Program-made: the position numbers and the translations under genes | Part shown: positions 27,387 through 37,516 of the stretch, in pieces | Layout of the letters: every line of letters begins with the position of its first letter | Numbering within the stretch: position 1 is the stretch's first letter | The notes under the pieces: generated by a model | What the model saw: only the letters and a program-made list of their open reading frames with translations | What the model was told of the DNA's origin: nothing | The model's database searches: none | Source: a virus | Taxonomy: Duplodnaviria > Heunggongvirae > Uroviricota > Caudoviricetes | Length of the DNA stretch: 64,000 nucleotides | Virus record (IMG/VR): IMGVR_UViG_3300002026_000057 | Direction: 5' to 3' (one strand)

Positions 27387-28376
27387 TTAGTCCTGATTTT
27401 CAGGAAGTTGTTTTAGGAATATATCAACCACTTCTTGGAAACGTGGGTTGACATCGATACGAAGTGCCGCCACAGTCTTAATTTTAGACTGACGTTCTTT
27501 TTCAAACTCAACTTTAATAGCCTGTTGTTCGGCCGACATCTTTTTAACAGCCAAATCGTACTCGGTACGAAGGTCGTAATTAGTCTTCTCTGCTTTAGAT
27601 TCGGCATCAGCGTTAATGTTTGCAATTCTTGCGTTTTCGGCGGTAACAAGATTATTAACTTTCGCCTTAAAGTAATTTACCTTTTGCTCAAATCCACGGT
27701 GAAGAGCCGCCAATTCTTCATGGAGTTTAAGTAAATCTGAAGATTTATGATGAACTTTAATTTCAACAGGGCTCTTCTCTCCATCTTTAATTGTCATCCA
27801 TTCAATAGCTGGAAGACGTGGAAGTTCGTTTCTCAACACATCTAATGTCGAACCCTTATGAATAAATTGACCAATATGTGAAGCATAGGCTTCAGCTTCC
27901 AAATATTCTCCAAGTTCGCTGACAGTAAGTTGTTCCCAACCATAGTTATCATACACTTCCGGAAGAACTTCAGCACGAACAAATTCTGGTGCTTTAGGTT
28001 GGGTGATATTTGAGAGATCTGGCTTACTTGTTTTTATTGAAACAAGAAGTTCGGTCTTAGCCTTAATATTTTCCATTAAGAAAGCCTGACACGCGTGAAG
28101 TTTTGCTTTTTCGGTAAGAAGTGCAACAACATTTGTTGGTAACGGTTTTGCTGCAACAATTACATGATCTTTTTTTCCAACTTCAACAACTTTTGAATAA
28201 TTGTTGACATTAGTCAATTGATGATTAATTTCAGTTGCTCTTTGATGACAAAGATTTGAAATTGATTGAGCCTGTGAAAGACTTAAACCTGATGTTGAAA
28301 GCGAATTTTTTTTCATTTGTTCTGTGTTTTTAAAAAATATACATATTAAAAAATAAAAAACCAAATATAAAGACAA
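27387..28376 (-). CDS. hypothetical protein (329 aa), coiled-coil C-terminal region
   Basis: ORF. Confidence 0.5.
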   Translation of the reverse strand: MSLYLVFYFLICIFFKNTEQMKKNSLSTSGLSLSQAQSISNLCHQRATEINHQLTNVNNYSKVVEVGKKDHVIVAAKPLPTNVVALLTEKAKLHACQAFLMENIKAKTELLVSIKTSKPDLSNITQPKAPEFVRAEVLPEVYDNYGWEQLTVSELGEYLEAEAYASHIGQFIHKGSTLDVLRNELPRLPAIEWMTIKDGEKSPVEIKVHHKSSDLLKLHEELAALHRGFEQKVNYFKAKVNNLVTAENARIANINADAESKAEKTNYDLRTEYDLAVKKMSAEQQAIKVEFEKERQSKIKTVAALRIDVNPRFQEVVDIFLKQLPENQD

Positions 28377-28399
28377 CTATTTTTTTGATAAATTATAAC

Positions 28400-28672
28400 C
28401 TATTCACTATCAAGGTTATATTCACCCAATAAATCTGAAAATAATTGTGGGAAACTTCCCACATCCATTGCCTTTTCATCGTCCACTTCACTTGCGAAAA
28501 CTTCAATGATATCATCTAAAGTTGTGTTATAGGTTTTACAAATCTCTTTGATGAAGGATAATTTTCCATTTCCCTCTCCTAAATGATGAGCTTGACTAAC
28601 ACATTTCCCGTCCACATAACAGGCTTCCCAATAATCTTCTTGTGAAGATAAAATAATTACTCTTTTTGCCAT
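28400..28672 (-). CDS. hypothetical protein (90 aa)
   Basis: ORF. Confidence 0.4.
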   Translation of the reverse strand: MAKRVIILSSQEDYWEACYVDGKCVSQAHHLGEGNGKLSFIKEICKTYNTTLDDIIEVFASEVDDEKAMDVGSFPQLFSDLLGEYNLDSE

Positions 28673-28690
28673 AATATTTATGAATTTTAA

Positions 28691-29077
28691 TTACCCATTA
28701 TTTTGGCTATCACCTTTCTCCACTCTGTAACTATCCTGAATATCATCAGGAGTAGACACTTCAAAAATAGCACTTTGTTCTTTCGAGATTAACTGATGAG
28801 AAATTCCTCTATGTACTTCAACCACATCCCCCACCACTAAATCTACCTGAACTTTTTCTGCCGTGTCCGGGTTAATCATAATTAAAGTAAAAGACCCTTT
28901 AGCCACATACCATGTTTCTCTTTTTTTAACGTGATAGTGCATACTGAATTTACTATTAGGATCAAAGTTTAAAACCTTACCACAATAGTCATCCCCATCG
29001 TGTATTATTGATTCAAAACCCCATCCTTTAATTCGTACTTCGGGTTTAGATATAATTTCCACATTTCTTAATTTCAT
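28691..29077 (-). CDS. cupin-fold protein (sugar-phosphate/NDP-sugar isomerase- or epimerase-like); start trimmed to the ATG that overlaps the kinase stop
   Basis: Cupin motifs HYHVKKRETWYV and GDVVEVHRGISHQL. ATGA overlap with the upstream kinase gene if started at MKLRN. Confidence 0.55.
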   Translation of the reverse strand: MKLRNVEIISKPEVRIKGWGFESIIHDGDDYCGKVLNFDPNSKFSMHYHVKKRETWYVAKGSFTLIMINPDTAEKVQVDLVVGDVVEVHRGISHQLISKEQSAIFEVSTPDDIQDSYRVEKGDSQNNG

Positions 29078-29868
29078 ATCAGTTCTGAATTTACTGCAAC
29101 TACTCCCTTTTGTGTCACAACCCAAGCAGCACATTTATTAGCAAAGCGTATTGACTCTTCAATGTCCTTATTTTCGATATACTTTACAACTAATGATGCA
29201 ATAAAAGTATCACCTGCTCCGCTAAGATCTCTAACATTGTGTTCATTTTCGATTGAAAATCGTTTAATCTTATTCAGCTCAGCCCCATCCTTTCCTAGCG
29301 TAACAATTAAATTTCCATTGAATTTTATTGAATCACTCCAATTTTGAAGATACTCGGTTTTATTTATTTTAATAAAACCAATATTTTCCACCCAATTTCC
29401 AATTTTTTTCTTACTATCCAAGAACACCAATTTGTGTCGGTTTGCAATATATTGAATATGGTCTTCATATAGATATCCCTTGTTATAATCTGAGATAATA
29501 ACAGCGTCATAATTTGGGAAATAAATATTATCCAATACTGACCACTCGATAGGTTTAATTTTATCATTAACGTCGACGCGCAAAAGCATATGATTCGATT
29601 GTTCCTCGATATACCTGGTTTTTACCGGCCTGAAATCATTTGTAATTAAATCATAATCTATTCCTAAGGCTGAGATGTTCTCTACAACATTGATTGACAT
29701 CCCACCTGAAGTACGTAGCGTTGTTGGTTTAAAAATCGGAACGGGAGCTTCTGGCGATAATCTTTCGCATATTCCGTATTGAAATATGTCGGTACAACTA
29801 TCACCAATTACTAATATTTTACTCATCGTCTTCGTCATTTTTCTTAGGAAAATCCCCATCAGCATCAC
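29074..29868 (-). CDS. pfkB/ribokinase-family sugar kinase (HldE/RfaE domain-I-like)
   Basis: N-terminus ILVIGDSCTDIF and C-terminal GAGDTFIA pfkB signature. Confidence 0.65.
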   Translation of the reverse strand: MMLMGIFLRKMTKTMSKILVIGDSCTDIFQYGICERLSPEAPVPIFKPTTLRTSGGMSINVVENISALGIDYDLITNDFRPVKTRYIEEQSNHMLLRVDVNDKIKPIEWSVLDNIYFPNYDAVIISDYNKGYLYEDHIQYIANRHKLVFLDSKKKIGNWVENIGFIKINKTEYLQNWSDSIKFNGNLIVTLGKDGAELNKIKRFSIENEHNVRDLSGAGDTFIASLVVKYIENKDIEESIRFANKCAAWVVTQKGVVAVNSELI

Positions 29869-30022
29869 AATGAGCTGGTGGATACCCGTGTTTAGAGATA
29901 TTTCTTTGTCTCAAGGTTCTGTTGTAGATCCTAAAGATGAAATTAAGTAACGATCCGAATATAATAACGAATCCTAACCAGATCCAAAAATTACTAAAAA
30001 TGAATTTTAAAAATTCCCACAT
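29819..30022 (-). CDS. small membrane protein (67 aa)
   Basis: Hydrophobic N-terminal half. Confidence 0.35.
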   Translation of the reverse strand: MWEFLKFIFSNFWIWLGFVIIFGSLLNFIFRIYNRTLRQRNISKHGYPPAHCDADGDFPKKNDEDDE

Positions 30023-30222
30023 TAGATTATGATTTTTTTAATTGATGTAACTTGGATGGGAACCAACCCATCAAATTTTATTACGTACTCAAATAAATGA
30101 ATACCTTTCTCTTGAGCTGGAAGTTCAGTCTCATGAATTGCCTGTTTCCAAATTGGTGAATCATTAAGAGATTTCTTAATGTTATTGTCTTCGATTTTCG
30201 AATATACTTTTATTGTTTCCAT
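30022..30222 (-). CDS. hypothetical protein (66 aa)
   Basis: ORF. ATGA-type overlap. Confidence 0.35.
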   Translation of the reverse strand: METIKVYSKIEDNNIKKSLNDSPIWKQAIHETELPAQEKGIHLFEYVIKFDGLVPIQVTSIKKIII

Positions 30223-30239
30223 AGTTAAAATATAAGTAA

Positions 30240-30632
30240 TTATAATTGAATTTCAAAACGATTTCTCATTTTTTCTAAAGTTTCCTCAGGCACATTATGT
30301 ACATTGACGCCATTATGACGATTTTCAACGATAACAGAATAAACCCGATATCCGTACTTTTGTGCGAGGTCATAATATGGTTGCATTTCTTTAAGTGTAG
30401 TTGATGTGTTTGCAACGACAACAGGTGTTAAACCATCCATCATCAAGCTAGCAGCTTTTGATTGACACCATTCATGAGCTTTTTTAACATTTTCTGGCTT
30501 CCAATTGTATTTACCATCTTTCATATGATAATCATCGGCAGTACAGATCTGATCTACTGATGCTAATTGTTCAGCAAAAGTTGATTTACCTGATCCAGGA
30601 ATTCCTCGTACTATTATTAGAAATTTTGTCAT
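30240..30632 (-). CDS. P-loop kinase (AAA_33/polynucleotide-kinase-like)
   Basis: Walker A IIVRGIPGSGKSTFAE. 130 aa. Confidence 0.55.
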   Translation of the reverse strand: MTKFLIIVRGIPGSGKSTFAEQLASVDQICTADDYHMKDGKYNWKPENVKKAHEWCQSKAASLMMDGLTPVVVANTSTTLKEMQPYYDLAQKYGYRVYSVIVENRHNGVNVHNVPEETLEKMRNRFEIQL

Positions 30633-30810
30633 AATTGGGCAAATGTAATTATAATTTATTTAATTTCCAAGTTAAATGAATAATAAAATCTAATTCTCGT
30701 TATTTTATCATATATCTCGTACTTCATATCCTCTATTAATTTTTAAAATAATTGGAGAATCTAATTTAACTTTATTAACTGATATAAGGGTTACAAAATC
30801 AAAATTACTA

Positions 30811-31599
30811 TCATATGTTTATTTCAATTTCTTTAATTGGCTCAATCGTTCCCCATATGTAAACTTCCAATAAATAATCATGCGGATACAACACATAATT
30901 AGTGAAATATGAGGTATCCATTATATTAGGTTTATTGTGATCAGGTCTATTATCTATAATATCGGGTACTTTATAATCATAAGCGTACACAGATAGTCCG
31001 TATTCTTGAATCATATCAAAAAATCGTTCTTCATTGAGTTGGTCATTTCTTTTTGGGTTGTTCCAATTTTCAAATGTAAAAGTTTTAGTTACAGGTAAAA
31101 ATTGCTTTGGATTAAAATCCATAATTATTAATGAATACGCTTTTTGTTCGGGGAAATTATGACAGATAAATGGATAATCAAGTTTATAATCATCTCGACG
31201 GATTTCTTTTACTTGAGTATCATAATTAATTAACATTACTCTATCATAAAGAAATAAATGTTCGGTTAATGACCGAATTTGCTGAAAAACCGAATATCCT
31301 GTATCATAAATTGAATAATAAAATTTCTTTTGAAAAAGATATTTTTCGTTTTCAGTTATAATGTTCCAATAATAAATCCATTTATTGTAATCAGTATAAT
31401 TCAATTCTTCATAAATGTATGAATCTACTAATTTTTGAATCTCACCACTTAAAGGGTAATTTGCATGAAGAACAATATCATATTCGGGGAAAAATGACCT
31501 AAGTTGTGATATGTTTATTATTAGAACGTTTACTTTTTCTTCAGTATCACAATACGACGTAATTCCAACTGCTTTATGTTTATTACTATTTCTAATCAT
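30811..31599 (-). CDS. hypothetical protein (262 aa)
   Basis: ORF. Confidence 0.5.
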   Translation of the reverse strand: MIRNSNKHKAVGITSYCDTEEKVNVLIINISQLRSFFPEYDIVLHANYPLSGEIQKLVDSYIYEELNYTDYNKWIYYWNIITENEKYLFQKKFYYSIYDTGYSVFQQIRSLTEHLFLYDRVMLINYDTQVKEIRRDDYKLDYPFICHNFPEQKAYSLIIMDFNPKQFLPVTKTFTFENWNNPKRNDQLNEERFFDMIQEYGLSVYAYDYKVPDIIDNRPDHNKPNIMDTSYFTNYVLYPHDYLLEVYIWGTIEPIKEIEINI

Positions 31600-32221
31600 T
31601 TTTTAACCCTCCCCATTGTTTTGCCATTGCTTTTGCAAACCCCGGAAAAGTTTCACTTCTTTTCCTACGACGTTCATCGGGTGGTAATTTCAATGTTTCC
31701 ATATGCCACATTGAATCGTGTCGACCATCCTTATATGTGTACAATACTGGCTCAACCATATTAGTTGGTTTCAAATGAGGTAATCCTTTTAACCATAATC
31801 CCGTCTTTTTACTTTCTGGATCCCCAAAAAAATATGGATGAACATATTGATCGGGCTTTCTATATCTAGTGGACATAATCCCCACAGGATTCTCAATGGC
31901 AATCATTGGACAATCCACTTCAGTCAAATCCATAAAAAATTGAATAGCCTCTTCACGTTTGTCCGCTCTTCCCGGAAATCTGTCTTTGAATTCGGGTTTC
32001 ATCCATTTATTGCCCGTGACAGTTAAATAGGTACATTCTGGGTGGAAAATACATAAATCAAACTTCTCCCTTTTTAATACCTCGAATACATCCTCTTGAA
32101 AGTGCCACTCAGGGTGTCCACCAGAACAGGGTAATAAATCACAACTATATGCTTCGTGTCCTAATTCACGAAACGCTTTACAAACAACTTGACTTTCTTC
32201 ACAACCAATTAGTACTCTCAT
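31592..32221 (-). CDS. hypothetical protein with weak C5-cytosine-methyltransferase-like motif order (GCEES ... HPEC ... ENP)
   Basis: LIGCEESQ, FHPECTY and IENPVG recall C5-MTase motifs I, IV and VI, but the match is divergent and the protein is short (209 aa). Confidence 0.3.
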   Translation of the reverse strand: MRVLIGCEESQVVCKAFRELGHEAYSCDLLPCSGGHPEWHFQEDVFEVLKREKFDLCIFHPECTYLTVTGNKWMKPEFKDRFPGRADKREEAIQFFMDLTEVDCPMIAIENPVGIMSTRYRKPDQYVHPYFFGDPESKKTGLWLKGLPHLKPTNMVEPVLYTYKDGRHDSMWHMETLKLPPDERRRKRSETFPGFAKAMAKQWGGLKND

Positions 32222-32222
32222 A

Positions 32223-33662
32223 TTATCCGTTTATTAACACCACAGCTGAAGTTGTTGGTCGGGTAAGAGAAGTGTATTTCAATTGATTCCTCTCTTTTAC
32301 AGTCCAATTCTCGTCCATATCGTTCTCCATAACAAATACGTGAGTATATGTACTTCCTTGCGATTTATGGGCGGTAATTGCCATTCCGTAATCCATATCT
32401 TTTACAATGGTTTCTTTTTTATTTCTAGGACTTCCGTCTCTAAATTTATTTATTGTTTTCATTAAGATATTGTTCCTTCTGAAATCATAATATTTTTTCC
32501 AAGGACCAATTACATCTCGTCTTACTCCTATTTCTTTAAACTCATCATGAAGTTCCCCGTATCGGTGTAAATTGTTAAAATCATTAACATCAATAATGAA
32601 TACATTTTTATTTTTGAATTTACCGTGTGGAAGATCTTCACGTATTGTAACATCCCACCCAAACAAACCGTATTTATTTTCAGTTTTTTCAGTCTTAGCA
32701 ATAACTCTATAATCTTCTGAATTCTCAATAATATTATATCGAGCATTTGACGATCTTACGCTTCGATAAGCCATAAGGATGTCACCGATTTCAATCGTAT
32801 CCGAACCTTTTCCAAACAATTCATTTCTAATTGACCTATTCGCCCCCATAACGGTTGTGTTTTTCCACGCAATTACTTTTGCAAATTCCGTATTGGTTTT
32901 AAATTCTTCGGATTTATACTTCTCCATAATTAACCTCTTAAACTCATCGGTGTTTTCGGTGAATATTACACCCTCACCTTTCTCATTCATAACGGTTTCT
33001 CTTTGAAATCCGCCAGACTGTTTGTTTAAATTGTTTCGTAGATCACTATAAACAACTGATAAAGGATTGGATTGGTTTTGTCTTTCAATTATGGTTAATT
33101 GATGAAGTTCAATTTCGGGTTGTTCAAAAACGGCACTAAGTTTTTCTCCCACCGGCGGAATTTGTGCTGGATCACCCATGAATAAAATTTTTATTTCATA
33201 ATCCATTGTTATTGCCATAATTAAATTGTACAACTCCTGGTTAATCATTGAAGATTCATCTATGATAACAAATTCATAATCAACAATAGTTGGAAGTGCA
33301 ATTGGGCCAAACTGAGGATAATTTGGATTATAATTGTCGAGATCAACATCTGGCCGTAATCCTAACAATGAATGTAAGGTCTTACCTTCCACATCTGTGG
33401 CAGCCATAATTACTTTTTTTGCTTTATGAGTTGGTGCTGAAACAACAACATTACCTCGATATTCATCGAGTATTTTTTTTATACAAGTTGTTTTTCCTGT
33501 GCCAGCATATCCTGCCAATGTAAAAAGGAAGCTACTATCATCATTTAACCATTCACGAATTTTATTTATCCCCTCATATTGCTCATCGTTAAAAGTGATT
33601 ATCTTTCCAGTTGGAAGAACCAATTGATTGTCATCAACCACACGTATATTCTTCTTTGACAT
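32223..33662 (-). CDS. SF1B DNA helicase, Dda/RecD/Pif1-like
   Basis: Walker A LAGYAGTGKTT, Walker B VIIDESSMI, C-terminal ITAHKSQGSTYTHVFV. Confidence 0.8.
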   Translation of the reverse strand: MSKKNIRVVDDNQLVLPTGKIITFNDEQYEGINKIREWLNDDSSFLFTLAGYAGTGKTTCIKKILDEYRGNVVVSAPTHKAKKVIMAATDVEGKTLHSLLGLRPDVDLDNYNPNYPQFGPIALPTIVDYEFVIIDESSMINQELYNLIMAITMDYEIKILFMGDPAQIPPVGEKLSAVFEQPEIELHQLTIIERQNQSNPLSVVYSDLRNNLNKQSGGFQRETVMNEKGEGVIFTENTDEFKRLIMEKYKSEEFKTNTEFAKVIAWKNTTVMGANRSIRNELFGKGSDTIEIGDILMAYRSVRSSNARYNIIENSEDYRVIAKTEKTENKYGLFGWDVTIREDLPHGKFKNKNVFIIDVNDFNNLHRYGELHDEFKEIGVRRDVIGPWKKYYDFRRNNILMKTINKFRDGSPRNKKETIVKDMDYGMAITAHKSQGSTYTHVFVMENDMDENWTVKERNQLKYTSLTRPTTSAVVLING

Positions 33663-34267
33663 TAAAATCGTTTATTATAAACTAAATTATTCCAATGATC
33701 CAATCCATTTAGTATTGTCTCATCATGGTCGAATGCCCATTCTAAATTATCGTGATTTATTAAAAATAACCCCACGTCCACCCATTTCACTAATTCAACT
33801 TCTTTGCATGTGAAATATTTAATATTTTCCGGAAATATTTCTGGTTCATCTTTAAAATCATAAACATTTAGATAGATATTTGAAATATTCTGACGATGAT
33901 CGGTTGGCTTGTCTTTGACGATGATCGGTTGGCCGTCATTATTATAAACTAAATATTCTTCACTGTCCGGCATATAAAACGATGTTTCTTCATATACTTC
34001 TCTCATCATCCCTTCATGACGAGTTTCATCCCAATCAAGATATCCGCACGGTAGGCTAAATTTTCCGGGCTCATCTACCATCGATTTAGACCTTTTTGTA
34101 ATTAAGACTTTCATACCATCTTTAGTCATTGCGAATATAATTGCAACAACCGCCGTTGAACGACTAATAAAAAAATTTTGGTTTATTTTTACATCAGTTC
34201 CAGGTGATATAAACCTATACATCAAATGGTCATTTTCTCTATTATTAAATTTTTTTGGAAGTTCCAT
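33662..34267 (-). CDS. NUDIX hydrolase (second copy)
   Basis: Nudix box GYLDWDETRHEGMMREVYEETSF. Confidence 0.65.
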   Translation of the reverse strand: MELPKKFNNRENDHLMYRFISPGTDVKINQNFFISRSTAVVAIIFAMTKDGMKVLITKRSKSMVDEPGKFSLPCGYLDWDETRHEGMMREVYEETSFYMPDSEEYLVYNNDGQPIIVKDKPTDHRQNISNIYLNVYDFKDEPEIFPENIKYFTCKEVELVKWVDVGLFLINHDNLEWAFDHDETILNGLDHWNNLVYNKRF

Positions 34268-34802
34268 TTTGAAATTTTATTAATTTAGTTTTAAGACTCC
34301 ATATTCTCATTGTGCCAAGTTTTGCCACTTTGAATTGTTCTTCCTGAGTCAATTTTCTTGCATCCTTACGAATTTTAGCATTCCTTTTTATAGTGGCATA
34401 CACCGAATTCCGGGTTTTCCATGGACTTCTATAACAAGAAATGATTCCTGCGTGTTCGGGAATAAATTCAGTACAGGTTGATAATAATTTTTCAGGTAAT
34501 GCATAATAAAACTCTCGTATTCTCACGTCAGAATGATCGTGCTTCTTTTTAAAATCAGCAAGCAAATCAGACTTCGATCTTTTTATTTCAACCTCAGTAG
34601 CAAATCCACTCTTATTAATAATAAACACATCACATTCGTGCATCCCCGGAAGTCCCCATGAAAGATTTGGAACAATTATGTTAGTCCTCACTCCGAAAAG
34701 ACGTGAAATCGCCTCTTCCATTTCAATTGTGGTTATCGGTACTTCTTTCGGTTTACTTGTGGTTTTTGTTTTTTGAACGTACTTTCGTCTCTTTACCGCC
34801 AT
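34245..34802 (-). CDS. hypothetical protein, possible PD-(D/E)xK nuclease fold
   Basis: HECDVFII ... EVEIKRSK fits a D...ExK pattern. Weak. Confidence 0.35.
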   Translation of the reverse strand: MAVKRRKYVQKTKTTSKPKEVPITTIEMEEAISRLFGVRTNIIVPNLSWGLPGMHECDVFIINKSGFATEVEIKRSKSDLLADFKKKHDHSDVRIREFYYALPEKLLSTCTEFIPEHAGIISCYRSPWKTRNSVYATIKRNAKIRKDARKLTQEEQFKVAKLGTMRIWSLKTKLIKFQNGTSKKI

Positions 34803-35527
34803 TATGCGAGTTTCATATCTCTAATCAATTCCCTAAGAAATAGATTTTTATCACCACCAATTACCTTTTCTTTCCATTCAGCAAAATACTCAGGAAAATG
34901 TGATTCCAATGTTTCTCTATCCATTCTTCTAATGAATATTTTATTCTCAGGAGCCATAGCGTCGGCAGCGGATTTATACATTTTCACATCGAACATCCAA
35001 TCGGCAAAATCAAGATAATCTTTCTTGTTAAAAACCCTTTCATCACAAATCACAGCAACCGCAGTTAAAGCATCATTTAGATCTGGTTCAGTGAAATACG
35101 CCATTTCAATTTCATTTTCAACCAACTCGTCAGCAATCTGATTTAGAGACCCAACAGATATCATTGTAAAATCCCTACTTGAATTGGTGGTTCCTCCATT
35201 AAGAATAATCCAGGTTTTCCAATGTTCCAAATATGTCCATATAATATGAACAGGATTAAACCTACCATATTTCAATGCATATTCACCCATAGCGTGTCCA
35301 GCCTGAATACCTTGTTGGATGGGGCTTATGTTATATGGAACAAAGAAATACATTCGATATTCCAATTCATTAGGACAACCACCATTTTCAAGGATTTCCT
35401 CTTTCGTTGCATAACGTTCAATCGTTTCATATGGAACGTTGGACATATCATCAGCGGTTATTTTAATAACCATACCATCTTTGAGTACAACCCATTGGCC
35501 GACCTCAATTTTTATTTTTTCACTCAT
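34802..35527 (-). CDS. hypothetical protein (241 aa); faint PTH2-like QAGHA motif
   Basis: ORF. IQQGIQAGHAMGEYAL weakly resembles peptidyl-tRNA hydrolase PTH2. Confidence 0.35.
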   Translation of the reverse strand: MSEKIKIEVGQWVVLKDGMVIKITADDMSNVPYETIERYATKEEILENGGCPNELEYRMYFFVPYNISPIQQGIQAGHAMGEYALKYGRFNPVHIIWTYLEHWKTWIILNGGTTNSSRDFTMISVGSLNQIADELVENEIEMAYFTEPDLNDALTAVAVICDERVFNKKDYLDFADWMFDVKMYKSAADAMAPENKIFIRRMDRETLESHFPEYFAEWKEKVIGGDKNLFLRELIRDMKLA

Positions 35528-35557
35528 ATCTAAAATATATGTAAAAATTATGAGAAA

Positions 35558-35941
35558 TCAAAACAACTTCGCTAGATACTCAACGCTCACTTTTGTTTGA
35601 TTCATTTCTTTTCGGATAATTTTGAGTAATTCATCCCGTTTTGGATTTTCCGGGTTATCAAAATATTCGTTAAGAATAGCTACAAGATTTTTCGGTGGAC
35701 TGAGTTTATTACGGATATCCGACCCAATTTCGGTTGACTCAATAAGGTCATATTCCACAACTTCTAGGTTTTCGTAATTAAAGTCCTTCCCTGTTTTTGT
35801 TGTCTCATTATATTTTTTAAACAACTCCATTGATGCTGTCATTGGAAGTACTTCTGGTATGGAACCAGTTGCAAGACTTCCATCTTGAAGAATATGAACA
35901 AATTCTTTTGAGTCTTTAAATCTTAATGTTTTTACTTTCAT
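35558..35941 (-). CDS. hypothetical protein (127 aa)
   Basis: First of four overlapping-start small genes. Confidence 0.45.
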   Translation of the reverse strand: MKVKTLRFKDSKEFVHILQDGSLATGSIPEVLPMTASMELFKKYNETTKTGKDFNYENLEVVEYDLIESTEIGSDIRNKLSPPKNLVAILNEYFDNPENPKRDELLKIIRKEMNQTKVSVEYLAKLF

Positions 35942-36234
35942 TTTTTTTCGAATTTAATTCCTTGTTTTTCTAATTCCTTAATGGTGTCGAAACCATATTT
36001 TAATTTATTTATTTTACCACCAAGCGAATTATCTTTAGTTGTTAATTCTCGATTATCAACGTCAATTGAGACGATTTCGTGTTCGAAAAATGATCGTCCA
36101 ATTGGGTCTTGATATTCTTCTTCATAAACCAAATCGCCTATTTTCATTTCTTCCCATCGTTTCTGTTCTTCATTGAACTCCTGAGTTATTTTTTCAAACT
36201 CTTTTTTCGTTAATAATTTTCCGTTTATTATCAT
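35938..36234 (-). CDS. hypothetical protein (98 aa)
   Basis: ATGA overlap. Confidence 0.4.
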   Translation of the reverse strand: MIINGKLLTKKEFEKITQEFNEEQKRWEEMKIGDLVYEEEYQDPIGRSFFEHEIVSIDVDNRELTTKDNSLGGKINKLKYGFDTIKELEKQGIKFEKK

Positions 36235-36485
36235 TTTTTGTTCTCATTAAATAATTTAATTAAAATTTCTAATTCTGTTAATTCTGTAAATATAACAGAA
36301 TCAGAGTGATCGAAAAACTCTACGGAATAACCGCCATCAATACACTCGTCGTTAGCACAAGTTATTAGACATAAGTCACCGATTTCGAAAATAAAGTAAT
36401 GAAATGGTTTATCACCACTTTCTTCAACATTTACCTTTTCTTTTTTAAATCCAAGGTTTAATAGATTTTTTTCTAAAATTTTCAT
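36231..36485 (-). CDS. hypothetical protein (84 aa)
   Basis: ATGA overlap. Confidence 0.4.
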   Translation of the reverse strand: MKILEKNLLNLGFKKEKVNVEESGDKPFHYFIFEIGDLCLITCANDECIDGGYSVEFFDHSDSVIFTELTELEILIKLFNENKK

Positions 36486-36772
36486 TTTATTTCTTCTTTT
36501 TTAATTCGAAACGATTTTCCCTCTATTTTTGCTTTAGATTTTACTTCGTCTCTTAGTTTTATTCCGATAGATTCGGCCATTAATTTTGCATTAACACAAT
36601 AATCCAATTCTTCATTTTCATATGGTTTCCCATCAACGGTTGCTACGGCATGCCATATATTCTGTTTAAGATTAAGCTGTCCTTCATTTTGTTTAAGTTC
36701 TACATTAACAACAATGTCAGTTACAACCTTATCAAGAACATATTCTAATTTATATCGTCCGTTTAGTACCAT
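36482..36772 (-). CDS. hypothetical protein (96 aa)
   Basis: ATGA overlap. Confidence 0.4.
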   Translation of the reverse strand: MVLNGRYKLEYVLDKVVTDIVVNVELKQNEGQLNLKQNIWHAVATVDGKPYENEELDYCVNAKLMAESIGIKLRDEVKSKAKIEGKSFRIKKEEIK

Positions 36773-36775
36773 TCG

Positions 36776-37516
36776 TTATTTATTTATATATTCCTTAAAC
36801 CATCTAGTGAACATACTCGGTAATTTTGAGTGGTCAGAGAATCCGTATAATCCACAAGAGAAAAAATCATGAACTTCAATAACAAACGTTCCTTCATCAT
36901 TAATACCGATATCAAGAGTATATGCTACTGGTGCATCCTTATACGCATCAATCATCCGTTTGATTTGATTTACATCCGGAAACAAAGTGAATTCACCCAC
37001 ATAATGTTGTAACCCAACCATTTTACCTTTATAAACAAACGTTCTCCATTCACTATCAATGGTAATATGTCTTGAAATTTGATATGTACCGTCAGGAACA
37101 CTTAAACTATCGGGATTGATAATATCTCTAGCAAATCCCTTTATTTTTTCATGACTTTTTATAAACCACCAACCTTTAAGACCTTCTAAATTACTATTAG
37201 TCCCAACGAAAATGTCTCTTTGTGCAAATTGATAAAGTTGTGTTGGTACATTAATTGGTTTAGGGGTTATTCCGTGGAATGTCTCTAAAAATTGAGTGAC
37301 GAATTCCACACTTCCGATTGGAATAGAATCGTTATGATATTTTAAAAACTTAAATGGTTGAACCACATCATTATCATCCATCTCGGTGTTCATATATTGA
37401 ACGCCCATATGTTCAAGACCTGGCGATAACCAATTATGAAATCTAATGGACTCCAACAATGTGAAAGCAAAGTCGTGCCTGATTTCGTTGTTTATTTTTT
37501 GTATTAGGAATTTCAC
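36776..37516 (-). CDS. ATP-grasp-like enzyme (putative)
   Basis: EWRTFVYKGKMVG and DIGINDEGTFVIEVH resemble ATP-grasp core strands. Confidence 0.4.
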   Translation of the reverse strand: MKFLIQKINNEIRHDFAFTLLESIRFHNWLSPGLEHMGVQYMNTEMDDNDVVQPFKFLKYHNDSIPIGSVEFVTQFLETFHGITPKPINVPTQLYQFAQRDIFVGTNSNLEGLKGWWFIKSHEKIKGFARDIINPDSLSVPDGTYQISRHITIDSEWRTFVYKGKMVGLQHYVGEFTLFPDVNQIKRMIDAYKDAPVAYTLDIGINDEGTFVIEVHDFFSCGLYGFSDHSKLPSMFTRWFKEYINK

